Assembly: GCA_032718475.1 (NCBI GenBank)
Contig: JAUCBJ010003232.1
Coordinates: forward strand, 1-36,997
Origin: Nemertoderma westbladi
Taxonomy: Eukaryota; Animalia; Xenacoelomorpha
Reading direction: 5' to 3'
Length of the DNA: 36,997 bases
The notes beneath the pieces were generated by a model. That model was given only the letters and a program-made list of their open reading frames with translations, did not search any database and was not told where the DNA came from. Within the stretch, counting starts at the first letter, position 1, and each line of letters starts with the position of its first letter. This document shows, one piece after another, positions 1-10,650 of this stretch. The position numbers were made by a program, and so were the translations under genes.

Positions 1-818
1 TAAGCCTGCTAACCCGCTACTTTCAAATAACCGCCAAGCATCGAATATTCTAAAGTATTTCTAAACGCAATTTACTCTAAACTATTCTCTGCTATGCAGC
101 ATACAAACTCTTAATTTTATTCTAAGTGCTAAAGTAAATTTCGGTGTCTCCATTATACAGAGTTCCGTACTAATTACTACGTATTCCAGAATGCATACTA
201 CTAATTAATTACGCTATTTAGTTATACTAGCAACAGCCTAAATACTGTATTATTTGGCCTAACAGAATTAACAAGCATAAATTTAGAAATAGAAACAATC
301 AAGAGAATAGCGCCTATCTAAACATCACAATCAAGAATCAGGCACTTTCTAAACAACATAACATAAAGCAGCGTTAGCGGCATTTCTAGTGCTAGTGTAG
401 AACTAATGTAAGAAGCCAAGGCCACCCAAGCTAAACGCGGTTTCCCTAGCTACATCTATTTACCCTAGCACTACACTGAGACAAAATCTTGTTCGCCAGC
501 TCCAAAACAGCCATAATGACAACCGGTCCCCGGTCCTCCACTCTGGTTCGCCCGCCCACAACTACTGGCCCCCTCCAGCGTTGCCACACATTGGATCCTC
601 TGCCTCTCCTTCTGTCGCTTCCACAGTGAGCCCGCAACGCCTACCGGTACCCTTAACCCAACATGCTGAAGCACGCAATTACCGCATGGCGCAAGCATGA
701 CAAAAACTCTGACAGTCGAAAGAGAAATCGTTGATTAGGATTTACTACATTAATAAGAAATAAGAATATAAGAATAAGAAATAATTTAATTTAATAATAA
801 AGAAGAAGTAATCTTTTC

Positions 819-1391
819 TGTTAGCGTATTCAATTCCGCTAACCAGGCCCGCACAAAGTTGGCTTTAAGAAATATTGGGAGCACGAGGTTGATCACCAAT
901 CAACCTCGTGTCACCCCAATAAACGGGGACAACAGGCCCCAGGGGAAGACACAAAGGGGGTCAGAGGTTACACCTCCGAGAGAGAGAATAACAGCAGTGA
1001 GGGGGGAAAACACTCCCAGAGAGGTGGGAGGCGAGAAGTGAGTTATTAGCCAATGGGGGGAAGGCATCCACTGAGTAAAGTAATGCGGCCAACCAGTGCA
1101 ATATATATTATCATTCGTTGTGCCAATTTATTCACTTCAGTAAGTCAGTTAGTTAGGGCAGTACCGGAACTCTAATCACCATCTCCGTCTACTGCCATAC
1201 GATATTCAGCCATTTTACCGGTACGGTATATCATCATCAACCGACTGTGCTATATTACCATTTATTATATTATACCCTTACATCTATATACACCGATCAA
1301 TCAACAACCCAGAACTCTTTTCACATACACACGGCGGGGACGCGTAGATTAGAAACCGGATAAACCGGGATCCTCGGTGGATCACGTCACA
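819..1391 (+). repeat. 5' LTR (573 bp)
   Basis: TG...CA termini. 1000-1391 is repeated at 11177-11568. The first 20 bp match the solo LTR at 23083 (18/20). TATA-like AATATATATT near 1100, Inr-like TCAGT at 1137 and 1145. Confidence 0.85.
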
Positions 1392-1450
1392 GTGATTAGA
1401 ACCCTTACTGCTGCCCTAAGTGATTAGAACCTGCTACTGCTGCCCTAAGT
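1392..1450 (+). promoter_or_regulatory. PBS-position leader: tandem 28-29-bp duplication complementary to the LTR R region, with no TGG tRNA PBS
   Basis: GTGATTAGAACCCTTACTGCTGCCCTAA is followed by GTGATTAGAACCTGCTACTGCTGCCCTAA. GTGATTAGA pairs with 1171-1179 and CTGCCCTAA pairs with 1153-1161. Confidence 0.55.
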
Positions 1451-1491
1451 AATAAGAACTCTAACTAAACTCTAACTGAAAGTCAGACAGC

Positions 1492-4400
1492 ATGAGTCGA
1501 GAAAGAGAGACGACACCAACGCGGACCCCGGACGATGATAAAGACCTAACGATCTACGAGGCCGCGACGCGACGGTACCGACCCACGACGCCGGATTCGT
1601 CGACCACAGGCAATCCGGCAATCCAAGAGGAGGGGGGCCGTCTACAACGAGGAAACGAGTCGAGAGAAGGGAGAGACGAGTCGAGAGAGGAGAGAGAAAA
1701 GTCAACACACAGCGGCGGTCGATGTGCCGATGTCGCCGGCCAGCCACTGGCCGAGGGCGACGGACGGCCCACCGGAACGGCGATGGTGGGGCCGCCGGTA
1801 TGACGCCGGACACGGAGGGATAAAGGAGACGTCAGCGACGAGGATGTCGGGGTCAGTGACCGGCTCCGACGAGCCTACGCCGCGACCCGAAAGCAACTGA
1901 GAGAAGCCAAAGGAGGGGCGAAGATAGACGAGGTGAAGTTAAAGAAGCGGCTAGGTGAGTCGAATAAACATTTTGATTACTTAATGTGCTTTGGGCAGGG
2001 AGAACTAGCCGACGAGAGAGCGAGAGGGGTTGCCAGCGAACTGTTTGAACTATGGGAATGTAGGGGTATGGAACCTAGCGTAGTGTACGGAGGGCCAGAT
2101 TTAGTCGATGCCCGGGGAGTAAAATTGGTGGGTTGGAGGAGACCGCAGGAGAGCGAATCCGAGGTTAACCCCGAGGATTCAGTCTCGTCGGTCGGAGAAA
2201 ATTCTGGGAGGCGGGGGAAAGTTAGTAGGACGGGAAGGCGGAGGGAGTCCGTCGTAACCGATAAGTCTGCTACATCCTCCGCAAAAGAAAGATGGGTGCG
2301 AGAAATAGATCTGGCGTGCCAACTCGATCTGGCAGCGCTAGACCAGAGAGAATTAGAGAGACAGCTAGAGGAAGGGAGTGCGTTGCTAGAGAAGGAGAAA
2401 GAACTGGTTAGAGAGAACAGAGAGAGGGCCGAGAAAGTCGCAAGAAGCTTTAAGGAGTATGAGGAAATGGAAATGAAGGAAAGGATGGAGCAGGAGAGTG
2501 AACGCAAAGAGCGTGAGGCGAGGGAGCAAAGTGAACGTAAGGAGCGCGAGGTGAGGGTGGAGAATGAGCGAAGGGAGCGCGAGGCGAGACAACTGAAGAG
2601 AGTTGCGCGAGAGGCCGAGTTAGTCGATCAGAGTACGCGGGAGGATTTAGAGAGAGAGATAATGGGGAAGCGTGTGTGGGATAATATGCACGCCCGGTTG
2701 AGGGGGCTTATGCAATATCAAGCCAAACACAAGCGCAGACTGGAACTAGCGCAGATGGGATTGTCAGAGAGCGAGACTGGCTCGAGTATTTACAAGGAGC
2801 CAAGGGCTGTGGAAACGTTTATTAATACCCCACTTACAGGGACCGCACGACAGACCCAGGACTGGTGTGACCGTACGGGGGGTAATAATAATACAGTAGA
2901 TAACGTTAATATTAATAGTACCATAGTGGATAACTCTAATCAAACTTTCATTGCAGGAAATAGTATTTTGCCCGACAGTAGTAATTCAAATCCGAATGAT
3001 TCTAATTTAAACGTAGGAAATAATTCAAATAATATAATTACACAAAATAATTCAAATAATTTAAATCTAAATTCGAATTTACAAAATAATTCAAATAATC
3101 TTATTTCGAACGAACAAAATAATGCCGTTTCTAATTTAGGCGTGCAAAATAATTTAATTGATTTGGAGGATTTAATTGATTTAACAGGTAATACTAGTAA
3201 TGGTGCTATTAATATAAACGCGGCGGGTGCAGACGGCCCGACAAACGAGGGCCTGGTAGGGTTGAGTCAACCCGATGAGGGCCTGGTAGGCCACGTAGTT
3301 AGTAGGCAGGAAGTGGCGGGGTTGAGTCAACCCGATGGGGGCCTGGTAGGCCACGTAGTTAGTAGGCAGGAAGTGGAGGGCCTGGTAGGCCACACAGTAG
3401 CAGAGAGAGAGGCGGGGGTGAATAGACCCAGCCGCAGTAGGGTTAGTGTGTCGACTAGAGAGGGGTGTGGAGGTGAAGTGAGAGATAGTGAAGTAATAGG
3501 TGGCAAGTGGGGGGGGGGGCTATAGGAGCCCCACAATGAGAGATTAGCGGCGAGCAGGGGGGGGGGGGGGGGGCAAAGGGTGTCCCACAAGCGTCGGCGG
3601 ATAATGTGCAGGGCGAATTAGGTGAACCGCAGCACCCGGCGATGGAGAATAGTAGGGGGATTACGAGTATCCCCAGCGGCGTGCGATCGAGCAGAGAGAA
3701 GCAGGTTGACATCGCGAGAGGGCGAGCAACGAGACGTCGAGCCCAATCAGAAGAGGGAAGAAGAACAGTGGAGTTTAACCGGGAGGTCGACGAGAGATCT
3801 CATGACCGGGGATACTGCACTACAGAGAGAAGAAAGGAAGAGAGTAGAAGAAGTATCGTCGTGAACGACAGGAGAGCGAGGACGGACAGCGAGCCGTCGG
3901 TAGTAGAGATGGAGACGGAGAGTCAGCGGGGTCGAACTTCGGGAGATTGCCGTCGTCCCGGAGAAACGCGACCTGATGAGGCATATTACGCGTCGAGAGA
4001 AGGGTGCAGGATGTACCGGTACGAGGATGAGAGCAGTAGGGGGGGTCGACGAGAAACTTCCCGACGGGATATACCTACCGATCGAGAATATGGTAGCCGC
4101 AGGGAGGATTATTCGAGAAGGTTAAACTTTGATCCCGAGCGACACATACAGACTGCAGGACATACTGTAGGCCTTACTGCACATACCATAGGCCATGCTG
4201 GGAGAGATAATGTAGGCAATAGGATAGCGCGGACAACGGGATTAAACCCGGAAGTCTCGGAGTACATACCGGCAGGTAGGCCAGAAGTAGATAGGCCTAT
4301 ACCGGTACCAGCACAGCAGTATGACTACAGTATGCAAGGACATAACATATATCCAGGGGAGGGGAGAATTATTGCGGATAGGTGCATGGGCCCCAATATA

Positions 4401-7095
4401 TTAACATCAACCCCAGTACCAAACATACCGGTGGGGGGGGGGGGGACAGGGTGACATCCCCCCATCACAATATCAACAATATACCCCAATAGGAATAACA
4501 ACATCGAACCCCTTGGACGAGAATAGATCGTGCGACACAGAAATATGGAGGGGGCCGCTACCCCCAATGATATATCCAAGTCAGAGGAAAGCGGCAGACA
4601 GGACGAATGGACCGCACCCAATGGGAGAACCTATACAGCATCCATCGAACCCATTGGAAGCGCAAGCGATGGGAATGGCCACGTTAATCGAAGCATTAAA
4701 GACCAGGATCGAGTTACAACCCGTGGAACCATTCAAATTCGATGGAAGTAGGCCGGAAGAATACCTACAGTTTCGGCGCATGTATAGTAATGAAATATTA
4801 ACAAAGAATTTGACGCAGGTGGAGTGCCTAAAGTATCTACAAGTGTATACAGGAGGCCCAGCATACGACATCGTGAGGCAATACCAGGGCATCGAGGGCG
4901 GCTTCACGATGGCATGGCGGGCGTTAGACAGGGAATACGGGCACCCGGCCAAGATCATCCGGCAGACCCTGAGAGGTATAACATCGGGTAGCCTACAGGA
5001 TAACCCCGTTAGCATAAAGACATTCGCTAACAAAGTCGAGAAAGCGCTAATCGTGCTAAAGACGCTGGACGCGCCACACGAACTCAACGTGTCTAACAAC
5101 ATCACTACGATAGCGCAGGCACTACCGATTTGGCTGCGCAATAAGTGGAGAAAAATCGCTTTCACCACTCGAGATAGGAAGGGTGCGGAACCGGGTTTAG
5201 AAGAGATGTCGAGCTTCTTAAACTATAAAGCTGAACTAATAACGGACCCAGTTTATAGCGAGGATAGCCTGGGAAAGGGACCAAAGACCGATTACCACAG
5301 GCCGAAACCAGAGCACAACGCGTCGAACGCATTGCCAAAGCTCAGACAGTCACTGCCGTACGCAGCAACGCAGGGGACTACCAGTCCACAAGTAGCCGGG
5401 GGTAAGACCACATCATGGAGCGGACAGGGGAAAAATAACAACGCAAATAAACATAACCCCAGCACGCCCAGTAGGCCGAACCCAAACAATAAGAATAGTA
5501 GGGACTTTGGTACAAATATAAGTGCGATATGCAACGCACTTTATAAGGATGGCTACAACCCAAAGAGCAAGTGCCAATTACATACAAATGCGCTTCATCA
5601 GACCATGAACTGCAGGTACTGGCAGGCGCTACCCAGGGAAGATCAGGTAGGATACGCGAGAAGGAATGAAATCTGTTCACGATGCGTGATGAGTGGACAT
5701 AGAGCTAACCAATGCAAAGAAACGCCAATTAAGTTCGGTCAAAGTAAAGGTCAGACGATGGCAACAAGCACTGTAGTGGCGAATAAAAGAGGAACGGTAC
5801 TATTAGGGGTAGTACCAGTGCGAGTAATTGGGGAAGGCAATCGATCAGTGACCACACTGATGCTGGTCGACAGTGGAGCAGCCTTCACATTAGTTGAGGA
5901 TTGGGTGGCCGAAGAGATTGGGATGGCGGTAACAACCATCTCCAGCAAAGATGAGGTCCTGGAGATGAGGACTGGACAGTGCGCAATAGCAGCGATAGCA
6001 ACGGGATGCGACTACGAGGCGACCATCGACCCAGTCCAGGTGATAGAGTCGACAAATATCAATTCCAGGCGACCAACCAACATCGAGGTCGAACAATACA
6101 AATTCCTGGACAATATCAACTTCTCAATCCCAGAGGTGGATGTTAGGAAGGTATCCATTATAGTAGGAATGGACTGCCCGACGGCCCACGAGAGAATGCA
6201 GACGGTCTTCGGCGAAGACAGGCAGCGTGACCCGGTGGCAATTTTAACACCATTCGGGTGGACGCTAACAGGCCCAATCAAAACCAATATACCATTCCAT
6301 GTGTCTGAGAGTTCAGGGTGCATGGTGCCAGGGACTGTTGAGGAGATAGAGGAGAAGCAAGAGACGGGCGATAGGGGGAGACAGCTAGAAGTGGAAGCAA
6401 CACCAAGAGAGTGGGCGGAGGAGAAAGGCCTGGATGAGGAAGACCTAGAGGCGATGGGGTGGAACGAGGATGTTCCTGACAAGTATCGGTATGGGGATGG
6501 AGAAGAGTGGATGGCGAGATGTCCGGAGGAGTGTCCGGAGGAGTGTCCGGAAGAGAAGCCGGTCCGGTTGAGAGGCATACCGAAGAGGGAGAGGTCGAGT
6601 AAGACGACAAGATGGAAAGGGAGAGGATGTGAGAGGATTAGACCGGGGGCAGAGAAGCCCATGAGTAAACATAATAAAGGAGTCAGGAAACTAGGAGGCG
6701 TGCTACATACGCACGCGGGACTGACAGAGTGCGAGTGGGCATTACATGGGCAAACATCATGTATACCGAAGGACGAACGGGGGTCGTCGAGGCCTTTAAT
6801 GCCAGCGCACATATTAAGGGGGAGGCCAGCAGAGGTGGCATCTAAGATTAAGGATGAAAACAGGGGCGGCATTATACCGCCGAACGACAAGTTGAAGGGT
6901 GGTACTTTGCCGCCAAAGGACAACCACGAGGAGATCAGAGACATAAAGAATAGGCAGCACTTTCCAAATTTAAAGACAGGAGAAAAGGGAAGGTCAATTC
7001 CAAGAGAGTTGGAATTGACGAGGAGAGCGGGGCAAAGATTCAGAGGTCCTACAGGGGGGCAGTGGGAGAATTGCCTATTAGAGGGAGCACCTTAG
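1492..7095 (+). pseudogene. BEL/Pao gag-protease polyprotein (~1,860 codons), interrupted by one in-frame TGA and poly-G frameshifts; RT, RNase H and integrase core absent
   Basis: ORFs 1492-1803 and 1933-3525 share a frame, separated only by TGA at 1801-1803. The joins to 3606-4454 and 4513-7095 fall in poly-G runs (~3508-3573 and ~4434-4445). Motifs: DUF1759-like FKFDGSRPEEYLQF...LKYLQVYTGGPA...AWRALDREYG; BEL knuckles CQLH...H...C and CSRC...GHRANQC; aspartic protease LVDSGA with IIVGMD and TPFGWTLTGP. The tail resembles a degenerate integrase C-terminus (LTECE...PLMPAHILRG...CLLE). Confidence 0.85.
3247..3400 (+). repeat. In-frame ~60-bp tandem duplication within gag (GLSQPDxGLVGHVVSRQEV x2)
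   Basis: Repeated GGGTTGAGTCAACCCGATG.GGGCCTGGTAGGCCACGTAGTTAGTAGGCAGGAAGTGG. Confidence 0.85.
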
Positions 7096-7249
7096 ACGTG
7101 TAGAATTTAGTCGTCCAAGTTTTGGACTGAGGGGGGTGGGATTGAGGGCGAGACGCCCTTCCCACACATAAAATATAAAAAAATAATAAATAAATAAAGA
7201 GAGAGAGAGTAAGTAGGCAGATGGAAGTTAGTTAGTTAAGTAGTTAGAA

Positions 7250-7679
7250 GGTACGTAGCACCGTTAGTTAGTTAGTAAGAGTTAGTAGCTAGAAGGTACG
7301 TAGTACCTCTAGGCAGATAGTAAGAGTTAGTAAGAGGGTACATAGTACCATTAGTTAGTTAGCAAGAGTTAGTAGTTAGAAGGTACGTAGTACCGCTAGG
7401 TAGATAGTAAGAGGTTAGCAAGAGGGTACGTAGTACCATTAGTTAGTTGGAGAGAGTTAGAGGTCAGTAAGAGGGTACGTAGTACCGTTAGTTAGTTAGA
7501 GAGAGTTAGAGGTTAGTAAGAGGGTACGTAGTACCGGTTAGTAAGAGTCAGTGTAGTCAGAGATTAGTAAGAGGGTACATAGTACCGGTTAGTAAGAGTT
7601 AGTGGAGTTAGAGGTTAGAGGGTACATAGTACCGGCTAGTAGAAAATAGTTAGAAGTTAGTAAGAGGGTACATAGTACC
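7250..7679 (+). repeat. Minisatellite with 10 copies of the palindromic core GGTAC(G/A)TAGTACC, period 42-51 bp
   Basis: Cores at 7250, 7295, 7337, 7382, 7425, 7474, 7523, 7574, 7621 and 7667. The linkers are related TTAG/AGAG-rich sequence. Confidence 0.9.
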
Positions 7680-8079
7680 TGTTAGCAAGAGTTAGTGGTA
7701 GAAGGGTATATATATATATATAATGTAGATATTAGATAGTAGTAAGCAGTGAGAGGGGGGCATATGAGTACAGCTGGATAAATCGTGTAGGCCACGCGAC
7801 GCATACTGTTGTACTGCACAAGCCCACAGAGTAGGCCAGAATGTGGATTACGAAATAGAGTAATCCATCGGCGATAATAAGTAGGTAGTAGCACAGTAGT
7901 ACAATTAAATTAAAATAAAAATAGAATCAGAAAATTAGATAAATGATGGCAACATGGTCGAGAATTAAGTAAGGAATAGGCCATTGTCGAACCGTACAGA
8001 CCATCTTAACCTTATCACTCATCTGTACTGCTCCTTGGAAAGGCACCACCTTACAGGTGAGCAAGTGGGAGAGTTCGAA

Positions 8080-10650
8080 ATGGCGGGGAAACTGATCAGG
8101 AAGAGAAAGGCGGAGTCAGGAGGAAAGGAGATACTGGTGGATTTCACCAAGCGGCATCCGGAAGAGAAGACGAGGGGATACTACGAGCGGTTAGAGAGAG
8201 GTCACGTAGTGCGAGCGCTACAAGACCATTTCAGAGAGGCGCATGAACAGCGGCTGGTCGGGACCTACGGGACGCCGTCGCTGGACAATGCGATCTTCGA
8301 GCATTTCCACTACGTGGTGAAAGGAGACGAAGCGAAGTTCGGGATTCCGAAGTACGCGAGAGAGCCACCGAGGAAAGATTGGAAGAGGTTCGTAGAGTCC
8401 GTGAGCAGAGAAGGATACATGGTCCTAGACGATGAGGGGACCGTGAAAGACGAGGAGGAGGGTTCGAGGAGAGGATCGGCGGGGTCGGCCAGAACCATAC
8501 TCCTACATTTGGGCGCGCCAAATGGGGATATATTCCTATTCGATCTAGGGACGTATGGAAAGAAGGACGGGCCGAAGTTGAACCGGTTGCCGAAGGCGGT
8601 GCAAACCCTAGTGAGAGAGAAGTCGACGACGAAAGTGGGATCGGTGATTCGCGACGATGCGGAGAGAATCATCGGTCCGGACACCCCCAACCTTCTGGAT
8701 ACGCAGACGGTCTACATGGCTATGACAGCACCAGACGGGTTGGGACTAGTGGAGAACTCAGGCCATTGTGGGGCAGTGGCGATGGGCCAGCTAATGGGGC
8801 TCGTGTGTCACAAACCAATGGACTGGGGTAAGTTCAGAGAGGAGTATGGAGCGGACTTGGCAAACTCGCTGAAGTGGGGAGCGAGGCCAGGGAAACAAGA
8901 GGTGCATCAATTCCAGAGAGGAGCGATAAAGGTATATCAGAAGCGATATATCCTACAGGAGGACTGGATAATGATGGGTTTGCTTAACCTATTCATGACC
9001 ATGGTTATCGAGAGGGAACCAACGGCATTCCTATTATCGGGATCACCCCTAAGCTACAGAAGAGCCTTTAAGACAGCTTTCGGGGGTCTGGTAGACCACC
9101 CGGGGCTAAAGGGCGAGTAGGTGTACTACAACAGCCGACATCTGGTAGACGGGGAGGTAGATACGCCGTAGCAGAGATGGGAGCAGCTAGAGGCGGATAG
9201 ACGAGAGGTGAAGCGAATGGAAGAAATCGCTAGACAGGAGAGGAGAGAAGCAGAAGAAAGGGAGGAGGAAGCTAGGGCACAGAGCTACGGCTTCGAGGAA
9301 CAGGCTGCCTTAGACGAACTTCGTTGGACATCATCAGGGAGTTCGGGGGAGTCTCTAGGGCGAGAATTAGGGTGGACGGTGGGATCACCGAAACAGTCGA
9401 CATCGGGATTGCAGACGACGCCCATACCAGCGGGCGCTGAGGGCGACAAGTCGCTAAGGAGGCTAGGGGAGCTGGAAGGATGGAAAGTTACGGGCGAGAG
9501 CCAAGGCGGGAAGGGACACAGTGGGTCCACCGGGATACCGGGGTTGGAGCCACTCCCAGAGGAGGACGAGGATGACGACGAGTTCGGAGAGATGCCGCCC
9601 ATCGGGAGGATCGGCCACTCGGACACGGACTGGGTTGGCGGGAGGGTGGTGAGGGCCAGTGGGGCGAGGGCCTTCTGGGATAGACCCGGCAAGTGGGCCT
9701 GGGTGCATGAGGAGCCGGCGATGGATTTCGTGGGGAGCACCATCAGGTTGGGCGAGCAACCGGGAATGGCACCACGGGTAGTATTCAGGGAGACGATGCC
9801 CGGGAGGGGTGAGGAGATCGACGTAGACAAGGACGCTAACGTCCGGAAGTTAGCTTACCAGCGTCTCCACAGACCGCGAAGATCGCTTGGGACGAAAGAC
9901 GACGTGGGGCGGGAGACATTGGTGCTCGGCTGTGACTACTGTGGGAGACAGACCCACCAGGAAAGGAGCTGTTTGTACCGGTTCCAGAAAGGGACTAGTT
10001 GTCTCTACTGCCACAAGTCGAGCCACAGGATGGGGGCGTGTCCACGGTTGCTCAACCGGTGTTCGAAGTGCAACTTCCGGGGACACTACGGACGCCAGTG
10101 TGACTGGATGGATGACGAAGATAAGTTTAGGAGCTTCGAGGAGTGGGCCGACGTCGGGGCCATGACTCGGCAACGTATGAAGGCCCAGGAGTTCCGGTGG
10201 GGCTTCTTTAACATCAATCAGGAGGCCCACATGGAGATTATCAAACGGAGGCTTCCGTTTACCTATCAAGAAGTGGCGACGGCGGCGTCGTATGCCGGGG
10301 TGATAAATACGCAGAGGTATTTGGACAGGTGGACGCCATAGAACAGAGGAGAGTTCAGGGATTTCTTGGCGGAGCATGTGCCGCCGGCGATGAAAGTGAT
10401 CCTATGGGATGCCACCAGGGGGAGACAACAGGGCCATTCGGAGGGGCCACCCGCGAAGCGATACCGGGAGCTAATAACACCAGCGCCCAAGGAGTTGACG
10501 ACCGGGATTAGTAAAGAGGTGACGGCGAGGGTCAGGAGCCTGAAGGGAGATAAGACCAAAGGAGTGGCAGCGACCAGGAAACGACCGAGGGAGGAGGACG
10601 ACAGAGGGAAAGAGTTGAGGTGGTTCCCGAAGTCAGGTGGAACGAACTAA
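8080..10650 (+). pseudogene. ORF2 cargo: DEDD-family 3'-5' exonuclease-like domain, acidic/disordered linker and 3x CCHC zinc knuckles (~856 codons, three in-frame TAGs)
   Basis: ORFs 7984-9120, 9208-10341 and 10366-10650 share one frame, broken only by TAG at 9118, 9169 and 10339. First ATG at 8080 (GAAATGG). ExoI-like MVLDDEG; LHLGAPNGDIFLFDL; LPKAVQTLV...KVGSVIRDDAERI (ExoII-like); LLDTQ; QKRYILQED (ExoIII-like). Knuckles CDYC-H-C, CLYC-H-C and CSKC-GH-C. Confidence 0.75.

Noticed and set aside
1-813. Gene or LTR in the left flank, possibly continuing at 11574-12800 as the 3' part of the element carrying the second exonuclease copy
   Set aside because: Only short motif-less ORFs are present, and no terminal repeat or TSD can be established within the window.
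1977-6944. Long antisense ORFs inside the LTR element (e.g. 1977-2507, 4581-5168, 6012-6944)
   Set aside because: They are Ser/Leu/Pro-rich shadows of the purine-rich sense ORF and have no motifs.
7250-7679. CRISPR array
   Set aside because: The core is only 13 bp, the linkers are mutually homologous low-complexity sequence rather than unique spacers, there are no cas genes, and the context is eukaryotic.
9118-10341. Genome-wide TAG reassignment (alternative genetic code)
   Set aside because: The intact host genes have no internal TAG, ORF1 ends in TAG at the expected C-terminus, and the other decayed ORFs also contain TGA stops and frameshifts.
8080-10650. ORF2 as env, or as a second gag because of its knuckles
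   Set aside because: There is no signal peptide, furin site or TM helix, and no capsid-like region. The N-terminus has exonuclease motifs.
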